NCBI GenBank assembly: GCA_964016885.1
Contig: OZ024746.1
Location: 93,744,001 to 93,808,000, forward strand
Direction of reading: 5' to 3'
Length of the DNA stretch: 64,000 nt
DNA from: Eledone cirrhosa
Taxonomy: Eukaryota
The position numbers were made by a program, and so were the translations under genes. Below, piece by piece: positions 55,997 to 64,000 of this stretch (positions are counted from its first letter, which is position 1; each line of letters begins with the position of its first letter). The notes beneath the pieces are model-generated. The model did not search any database and was not told where the DNA came from. It saw only the letters and a list, made by a program, of their open reading frames with translations.

Positions 55997-56200
55997 AAGG
56001 CTAAAAAGTGAATCTTGTTACTCTGGAGTTTCGCCAGTTTATCACAGACCAGGACAGTTCTTGTCTGATGACCCTGTGATAAACAGGCGAAACTACAGAG
56101 TAACAAAACTCACTTTTTAGCCTTAATAAAAATGAATATTAATACTCCATACTTTCGGTATTGAGTCCCCCTTTCTCAGTCGTCAACCACATACGGATAT
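55997..56200 (+). mobile_element. PLE-like element with hammerhead (family H3) and an inverted 5' copy
   Basis: 51-bp arms at 55997-56047 and 56074-56124; tail GGTATTGAGTC then (TA)/(TACA)n; fragments at ~22460-22570 and ~55430-55495. Confidence 0.7.
56060..56106 (+). ncRNA. Minimal type I hammerhead motif, family H3
   Basis: TTGT CTGATGA CCCTGT GATAA ACAGGC GAAA CTACAGAG T A ACAA; the sister copy at ~55466 has palindromic stem III ACTCCGGAGT. Confidence 0.7.
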
Positions 56201-56699
56201 ATATACATACATACATACATACATATACACACACACACACACGCGAGAGAGAACGTTTGGAAAATGAATTTAAATAGTCCCTCTTTTATATAAGAAAACG
56301 TATTTATATACAATGTAAAGTATGAACACGCTCTTGTTTTAAATATTGCCTATAGGCAGGGACATCGGCTCGTTTTGCCGGCATGTTCGTTAAAAGGTAG
56401 CTGAGGGATTCTCACCTTGAAAGTTGTAGACAAAGATTCTACAGAACAATTTCAATTATCGGTTGGAACCAATTCCTTCATGCTGCTCTTAATTCTCTCC
56501 GAAATAGGAATATTCATCACACATGTATGAAGTTATGCTTAAATAATCGACCGATTCTTCTTCGTGGCTAGTGGGCTTCGCTTTCGGTATATAAAATGAA
56601 AAGCCGTTTTTCGTTGTGAATTTTCGATTTAATTTTTGTCGATAAACTGATTTGTTAGTTGGGTTTTTTTTTTTTTGTTTTGTTTCGGCACCAGCTTAC

Positions 56700-56870
56700 T
56701 TCCTCGTGAGACTTGGTTGCAGGCATTTGCCACCCACCAATAAATCAACTCACGGCGGCGAGAAAAGACATTCACTATTGCTGGACTGGGTTTGCGAAAA
56801 GAACATGCGCGCGAAACACAGGCAGGTGCCAAGTATATAAAATTTCGATTGCAATGTGAACCTTCGACTT
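56700..56870 (+). promoter_or_regulatory. Candidate core promoter of the Delta-like gene
   Basis: CCAAT at ~56737, GCAGGTG E-box at 56822-56828, TATATAAAA at 56834-56842, CpG-enriched and TE-free context. Confidence 0.35.
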
Positions 56871-58060
56871 ACCAACTTTCAATACTGCTTATTGGGGTTT
56901 CTGAACGAAAATAGAACTTCGATGAGAGAAACTGACGGGGTTGTGGTGGAAGGAGGAGAGAATAATATAAAGCGACACACGCTTACACCTTATGCTAATA
57001 TACTTTTATTATCGGCCTACTAACATCAGGTGCCGTCAGCAAGTGTTTATACTGAACTTCTAAAGAAAATGAGTTCGTTTCTCCGCTACAAGGTATATAT
57101 AGGTCTATCGCTCTCATATTTAAGAAATCATTTTGACAGAAGTATATTACATTAGCCAAAAAACTTTAACTAAATACCACAACAAAGTGAAGTTTATGTG
57201 ATATGGCAGTGGTGGGGAACCTTTTAAAAAGTTATTACTTGGTTTTGATTGGTTTCTCTCTCTCTCTTACTGTATTTAAAACACCCTCACCTATACCATC
57301 GTCTTTATATCAGTGTCCGCACGCTTCTTTGCTAATATTGTGTGCGTGTGTTCGGTACTTGATTGCTTGTGTGTCATCAGCACGTCTGGATTGTGTTCGT
57401 GTGTTCGTGCTTGCTTTACACGAGAGATAGCTTGTGTGTGTGTGTGTGTGTACTTGGATTACTGCTATATATTTTCTGTGTTCTCTTGTATTAAATATTT
57501 TGTAATCAAAAGTAGACAACTTTTGATAAAATAAAGTATTATATAGATCCATATTCATCTCACCGTAATATTTCTTATTTTTGTAACACCCAATTTTTTG
57601 TTCACTCGGTCATGGTATTTTTCTTCGTTTATACTCGGTACCAGTATCTATTTTTCTCATAAAAGAATTCTACTCGTATTTTATTCTTGTCTTGCAAAGC
57701 TCGCTCAGTCTGTTACACACACACCTTCGCCTACTCTGGTGTGTTCATAACACACACACACCTTCACCTACTCTGGTGTGTTCACACACACTCTTGAGTC
57801 TGAACCTTTTTATTTTCCGTATAGTTTTTTTTTTTCTTTTTAATAGCTTCATGTTATTCTGTTTGTGTCCATATATATTTTCTCAAAGAATTTATCTTTT
57901 TCTAACAGTGCTTGCTCTCTCTCTGTATATATACTGTGTGTGTGATAACCTGTCTCTCAACACTTGTCCACTCCATCTCTCTAGTTTCTCTCTCACTGTG
58001 TGTGCTTGCTTGCTACTAATTATCATATCTTTCCAGCTCCACTGCTGTCAATCAAGTTGT

Positions 58061-58105
58061 ATGGGGGCGGAGTCAAAATCTACCGTCAGACCGAGGCTAG
58101 TTTAG
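58061..58105 (+). other. Putative uORF (MGAESKSTVRPRLV*)
   Basis: ATG to TAG, ending 46 nt upstream of the Delta ATG; transcription not demonstrated. Confidence 0.35.
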
Positions 58106-58151
58106 ACAGTTATCAGCTACACAAGAGCAGGAACTTAAACGATAAACAAGG

Positions 58152-58211
58152 ATGCGCTCGACTACAGCAGCAGTTCTGGCTAGTTTTCTGGCTTTAATAA
58201 CTCTCAAGCAG
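58152..58211 (+). CDS. Delta: Delta-like Notch ligand coding exon 1 (signal peptide MRSTTAAVLASFLALITLKQ)
   Basis: ATG, hydrophobic stretch, CAG|GTGAGT donor, phase 0, joins exon 2 in frame (Q|VCGIGIFELQL). Confidence 0.8.
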
Positions 58212-58730
58212 GTGAGTGCCGCGTTTAATAACTCTCAAGCAGGTGAGTGCCGCGTTTTTCTCTTTTACATTCCATCCATCTATCTCATTATCTCTTCTCT
58301 TTTAGTTTAGTTTTCTTTATACCCACTTCTGTCGCCTCTATCTCTCCGACATTCCATTTGTCTTTCTCATTCGTTCTTTCTCTCTGTCTAGATATCTATT
58401 TGTCTTTCTCTATTTTGGTTTTGTTTTCATTATCTGGATCTTTTTATAAACCATCTCCATTCTTTTTTTTTTTTTTTAATTTGTCTCACTCTTCTTTATT
58501 TTGGATTAATTTTCTTTCATTCTTGCCTTTATCCACCTCCAACATTCCATCTCTCTCCTCTATTTTGGTTTTTCAATCACCTTTTCAACATTCCATCTCA
58601 CTTCTTTCCTCTTTTGCTCACCCCCCCCCCCTTCATTCTCATACATTCCATCACTCCCTCTCTTTTCTATATTTTTGTACTTTTAGTTTACGTTTTCATA
58701 TGCTCTTTGTCTGCATATATTATATAATTA

Positions 58731-58788
<58 letters not shown>

Positions 58789-59341
58789 GTACACATTCAC
58801 AGGCATATATGCATGCTTAAGATTCCCAAACACATGTAAGGACCAGAGAAATGATACATATACGTGTTTATAAATATATGTAAACGCATACACGTGTGTG
58901 TATATCTATATATATATTAGAAGTTGAGAGGTTTAACGTCTCTCTCTCAATCTCTCGTATATAAATATAACTGAAACAGTTCCTGTGTCCATATAACAAT
59001 TTCTACTTATAAGTAATCCACACTTTGAAAGTATTCCTTTGTTTCACATACATGTCTCGATTTTTACATACTTTTTTCTCTCTCCTTTTACAAGCGTGTC
59101 ACACTTGTGTGTCTGTTTGTTCGCGCGTGCCTGTGTGTATATATATATATATATATATTCTTATGTTAATGTCTTTCTTCTGTGTTTATGTGCTTTGTCT
59201 ATGATCACTGTGTTCGTGTGCTTGTATTTGTTTTGGTTTGTATTGTAATATTATCATAAAGGAGAAACAAAATAAAACCATTGATGTTGAAAAATATCCT
59301 AATTTTAATTATGTTTGTCTTTTACTTGTCCATCTGATCAG

Positions 59342-59644
59342 GTCTGTGGTATCGGGATATTCGAATTACAGCTGAAATCTTTTTGGAATAGAAAGGGATT
59401 ACTAGACAACGGCAACTGTTGCAGTAATGTGATCGCCGGCCAAGGTGGAAAAAACTGTACGGCCTGCTCTACGTTCTTTCGGATATGTCTTACCCATTAC
59501 ATGTCCAATATTGTGTTGGATGGAAATTGTTCATTTGCCTTCACAGAATTACCGGTTTTGGGGAGTAATGTTATAGATTTCACAAAGGATTTACCTAATA
59601 ATTTTACCAACCCGTTGAAATTTCTCATCAAGCCTTCTTGGCCG
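59342..59644 (+). CDS. Delta: Delta-like Notch ligand coding exon 2 (MNNL/C2 domain)
   Basis: CAG|VCGIGIFELQLKSFWNRKGLLDNGNCC...CSTFFRICLTHY...CSF...PVLGSN...FTNPLKFLIKPSWP|GTAAGT, 303 nt, phase 0/0; DSL-ligand N-terminal signature (Delta versus Serrate/Jagged cannot be fully resolved here). Confidence 0.92.
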
Positions 59645-61342
59645 GTAAGTTATTTTCTTTATTCATTCTTTTGTTCACAAAACCCTGCATCTAATACACT
59701 CTTGCTCTATATATTAGTTTGTTTGTAAAGTTTGTTAGTCTCTCTCCTCTCCCCCATTCCCCCCCCCTCTATCTCTCTCTTATCTATATTAATACGAATT
59801 ATATATAACTGCTACTACATGGTGCTGCCTATCGGATGTGCAGATAGTTTCGGGACTTAGCATCCCAGCCATAGACTTTACAACTCGTGTTTAGTTCCAG
59901 GTCAGATCTCATCCAGCGGAGATTTCTGATCAAAGTTGTTCCAGCTGTGACTATCCTGGCTTTGTTTACCGAGGTAGTTTATAACTACATTATCCAATGT
60001 TTTTGAAGCTGATGGGATGTGATTTGACTATTATTTTCAGTAGGTCAAGCGACCATATACAGCTTCCCCAATCTTAACTCTTTACCCGAAACACTGTTCA
60101 AAAGTGAAAAAACATGGTCTATTGTCTTATCACTGAGCGATTTTAATCTCACCTAAGAGCTTTGTATTTTTAATTTTAATCTCCTCGCTGTTTTCGGAGA
60201 GAATGAATTGGCATGTCGTTAGTGCATAGGGCAAAATATACTGTAGTATCAAGTTCAAATCCCTCCACCCCCGAAGTCAACCTTGCCCTTCATTCCCTTA
60301 GGGTATCAACAAAATAAAATACCACCCCAGGGCGGATCAACGGCAGAATTTATTAAAGTGTCAGGCGAGATGCCATGGGGTATCTGTTCCGTCTCTGCGT
60401 TCTCAGTTCTAATCCCATTAGGTGGTGAACATAATCCGTCGCTCGGTTTGACACAACAACTCGGCCCTTTGGGGCCTTTAGAAGAGTCCACTCTGTTGCA
60501 CCTGTTTGAATATACCTAACATTCAGTAAGGGTGGGGATTGGGGTGGTGGTGTTTGAGACATTCTTTCATTCTTTTGTTGGTTTCAGTGATTAAATTAAA
60601 AACAAACTGGAGCGTTATTGACTTCACGAGATAGCTTATAGTTGATTATAAAGTGACTTCCATGTCTCGTATATTGTTATCGATCCCTAGGCCAGAAAAG
60701 CCAAACATCAAGCTAATCATGCTCAATCGTTTGTTGTTCATCTCCAATCTATATTCGGTACTTTAGTGATAATCGTACCCCTGTGTAATTACTGTTTTTG
60801 TAGGGTGGAGGTGATGGGATATTACCATTACAACTATCTCTAGGAAGAGCCCTTTGATGGCTGCAGCACTGAAAACATGTGAATGTACACACGCACTATC
60901 TCTTATCTTCCTCTTGTTTCTTCCTTCCTTCTCTGTGTTTATTTCATAAACGTGGTAAATTTGTAGAAAAACACCCACCATAGGAAATAATTTTTTTCTT
61001 CTTCTTTTCTTCGTGTGCTTTAAATTATATGATACAAACGACTTTTTCCCCGAAAATGAAAGGGGGAACCTTCAAACATTCTCCGCCCTCACTCGTGTTT
61101 CTTTTACCATTTTTCCCCGTTGGAGGGAGTGAAAAGTCCAAGGATTCTTTTCTTCCCCCTTTTCCGAGAAAAAACCCTTTGCAGCCTGTTTAGGGGTATG
61201 GTAAATTTGTTTCTCTCGAAAAATATAATTTCCTACTGAAATCGATAAGTGATTTTCTATAATACCAAAAACCTTCCTATTTCTCTACCTAAAGAAATCC
61301 ACGTTGGTTAAGTGTTTATATTTGTTTGTTTTTATTTTCAAG

Positions 61343-61400
61343 AGGTCCTTTTCCTTGATCATAGAGGCTTGGCATAAAACGCGGAATGGACAGGCACACG
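61343..61400 (+). CDS. Delta: Delta-like Notch ligand coding exon 3
   Basis: Pyrimidine tract-AAG|RSFSLIIEAWHKTRNGQAH-G|GTAAGT, 58 nt, phase 0/1; matches the DSL-ligand GTFSLIIEAWH exon; the gene continues beyond the window. Confidence 0.9.
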
Positions 61401-64000
61401 GTAAGTTATTTTTATTCGGAAAATATTGTCGTGTATAAGATTGTGGTAGATATTTCTTACACCTTTTTCTTTTTCTCCCTCCCTCATACACCTCTTTCTT
61501 TCTCTCTTACATATTGCATTAACTGTTTGACTTTCTCTCTCTTACTCTCAATTTCTGTGTTTCTCAGTCTGTCCTTTTTTTTCTCTCCCAGCTCACACAC
61601 ACACAGTCCCACATTCCTACATTTATACGAATCTGTTAAGTCCATTAAGAAATCAGTTAGTTGTATTGAGCAGTGACCTATTCTCTACTGCCTTTGATAA
61701 TGCTGGTTAAAACCTCTTCCGTTGGGTATGAACTGAATTTTTAAGGATAAATTTCATCAGTTATTTAACCCGCTGTCAATTCTGATCCAGTTGTGATCAA
61801 AAGTGTTCCAGCTATGACCAACCTGTCTTTTTTTTTTTATTTTTCTTTAACACAGTCTATCTCGGACTACATTATTCCATGTTTTCCTTTTTTTTTTTTT
61901 TCTCAAGTTCGTTAATGATTTATAAGTTGAAAGAGAAAGGCACATTGGGCAGTCGTTTAGATATATTACACCTCAAAGGCGGTTTGATAAGCATAGCAAC
62001 AGCCTTAACATATACATACATGGATAGTTTTACACATTCCCCACTCTCAAATATATATATATTATATTATATATATATATTGCATGTGTTTCCGCTCTGC
62101 TGTTGAAACTGTTGTGGGGGTAGGAAGGAAACTTGTCTACGATAATGATGCTGTTGCCATGGAGACTATAGTAGAAAGTTAATGATTTTTTTTTTTTCCT
62201 TGCTGCCTTCAGTCATTGAACAGCAATGGGGCCCTTCATTCAACCCCACAACTTTGTGTAGTGCTATATATATTTTATCTTTCTATTAGTCGAACTACTA
62301 TTATAGAAGGGGCCCCTGAAACACAGGATTTAAGTGTAAACACACACACACGTATATCGGGGCTGTAAGATGTTTGTTCAAGTTACAATGGGCTCGATCC
62401 ACGAGTTTAAAAACGAACTTATCCATAAAGCCATACCTTTTTAAAACCAGTTTCTTTTATGTTGTGGTTTATCTTTGGGTCAATTTGATTGAACAAAACT
62501 TAAAGGCTATCCAGTCTTTTTTCTCAGTATATGTACAATTTACGTCATATTTTTGTATTTTTGTATGACTGTTGGGTGAGATTTGAAGATTTGGTTGCCC
62601 TTTCTAGACATCACTGTTCTTAAGTTGGGCTCCATCTCATTAAGGAAATGTCTGGAGTGAAATATGGTTGACGGAAATTGTGTGGAAGTCCGTTTTATGG
62701 ATTATTTCTAATCTTGGATGGTAGATTTAAGTCATTGCCAACTGGTACTTGCAGGCATTCAGGTCAAATCCCAGTTCTTCGGGTAACTTCCTTCCTTTCA
62801 AAATCGTTGAACAATCATCTTGAGGTTTTCTTTGTCTTGGTGGTTTAAACATATTTCTATCATCATCATCAAAGTGATGGATTGGCCGAACCGTTAGAGC
62901 TTTGGATGATATTCCTTACAGTATTTAATTACGGTCCTTACGTTCAAATTTTGTTGAGGACAGTTTTACCTTTCATCTTTCCGGTATCAATAAAGTACCC
63001 GTCAAGTTCTGAAGTCTAAATAATCGAATCCAGTAGTTAACTGGTTTTGTGCCTAAATCAGAACTACAGTTATTATAGTCATAGGCTGACCTTTGCAAAG
63101 ACCCCGATGTCCAGTTTGAACGTCTGAACTCCATATGATTAACCTTTGAATGTTGTAGTGTGCAGTATAGTCAGCAGCTGGGAAGAGGCAAGGGAGATCT
63201 GGGGTGGGGTTGCACTTACTCCCTCAGCTATCTACATGTAGGTCTCCGCTCGGTCAAAGCTGACCTGTGATAACATAGTGGACTTCCCTCAGGATGTTAT
63301 TGTTTAGCCTTAGATCAACCTTGATTGAACCGATCTGTTTATGGTGAAAGGTATTCAAGAGGTGACAACACTCTTCGTCTTTTGTCTAGCCTTACGCTAT
63401 AAAGAACCACATTATCCAAAAATGTCCTTCTCTATTTAAGTCGATAGGATATGATTTGATTGATATTTGGCTGCTGTTTCCACTAGGCTGAGCAACTGCC
63501 TATGAAGAATCTCCCTCTCGAACTGATGGCGGTGGTGTTAAACCGGGTTATTATTTAAGTCTACCACCATAGCTTATATTACAGCCTGTAGATCTCTTGC
63601 AGAGCTACAGGCTGTAAATGTTAATTTGTTTTATTTAAATTGTCATGCGTTTTAAGACTGTAGGGTGTGATCTAATCCATTCATGCGTATATTTACTCTG
63701 CTTTCTTAACTAGGGAGAGGAAGATAGGAAGCAAACTTTTTTTCTTTTTGATTCAAGCATAATATGCGGCATGCATTGTCATCTATATTGTGCATTGTTG
63801 ACAGACAGCAACGGTTCACTTGTCTTTCTGTTTCCCATGGGTGTTAACACATGCACTGTCACGTACTCTCTCTTATATGTTCAGAATTGCTCTTTGTCTC
63901 TCTCTTACGTTGACTATCACATCTTTTCGACTGAATCCACACATTTTTGAGGGATGGATCACTCCAATAACTGCACACACGCACACACATTGCTCCGTGT

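Noticed and set aside
59315-59728. 137-aa single-exon ORF as a complete gene
   Set aside because: It is Delta exon 2 plus intronic read-through; splice sites lie at 59341/59342 and 59644/59645

Overview
Repeat-rich, AT-rich animal genomic DNA, most likely from an octopus/coleoid cephalopod (inferred from the SINE/RTE/(TA)n landscape, not proven). The first ~53 kb has no recognisable host gene. It holds tRNA-derived SINEs, RTE, CR1/L2 and CRE-type LINE fragments, Tc1, hAT, piggyBac-type and Helitron non-autonomous elements, several minisatellites and very long (TA)n-rich arrays. The last ~6 kb contains the first three coding exons of a Delta-type Notch ligand on the + strand (signal peptide, MNNL/C2 exon, 'SFSLIIEAWH' exon), preceded by a TE-poor, E-box-rich putative regulatory region. 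The main hidden structure is a set of at least 10 minimal type I hammerhead-ribozyme motifs in several short Penelope-like (PLE)/retrozyme-like families. Three copies of one family have an intact core with compensatory base changes. One motif lies in the 3' end of a decayed GIY-YIG PLE. The elements tend to end in (TA)n, several have fold-back 5' ends, and a RTATTGAGTAC tail motif recurs across families. Also notable is an exact 31-bp tandem duplication of the Delta exon-1 splice donor. Almost all long ORFs in the ORF track are microsatellite artefacts. Boundaries of decayed repeats are approximate.
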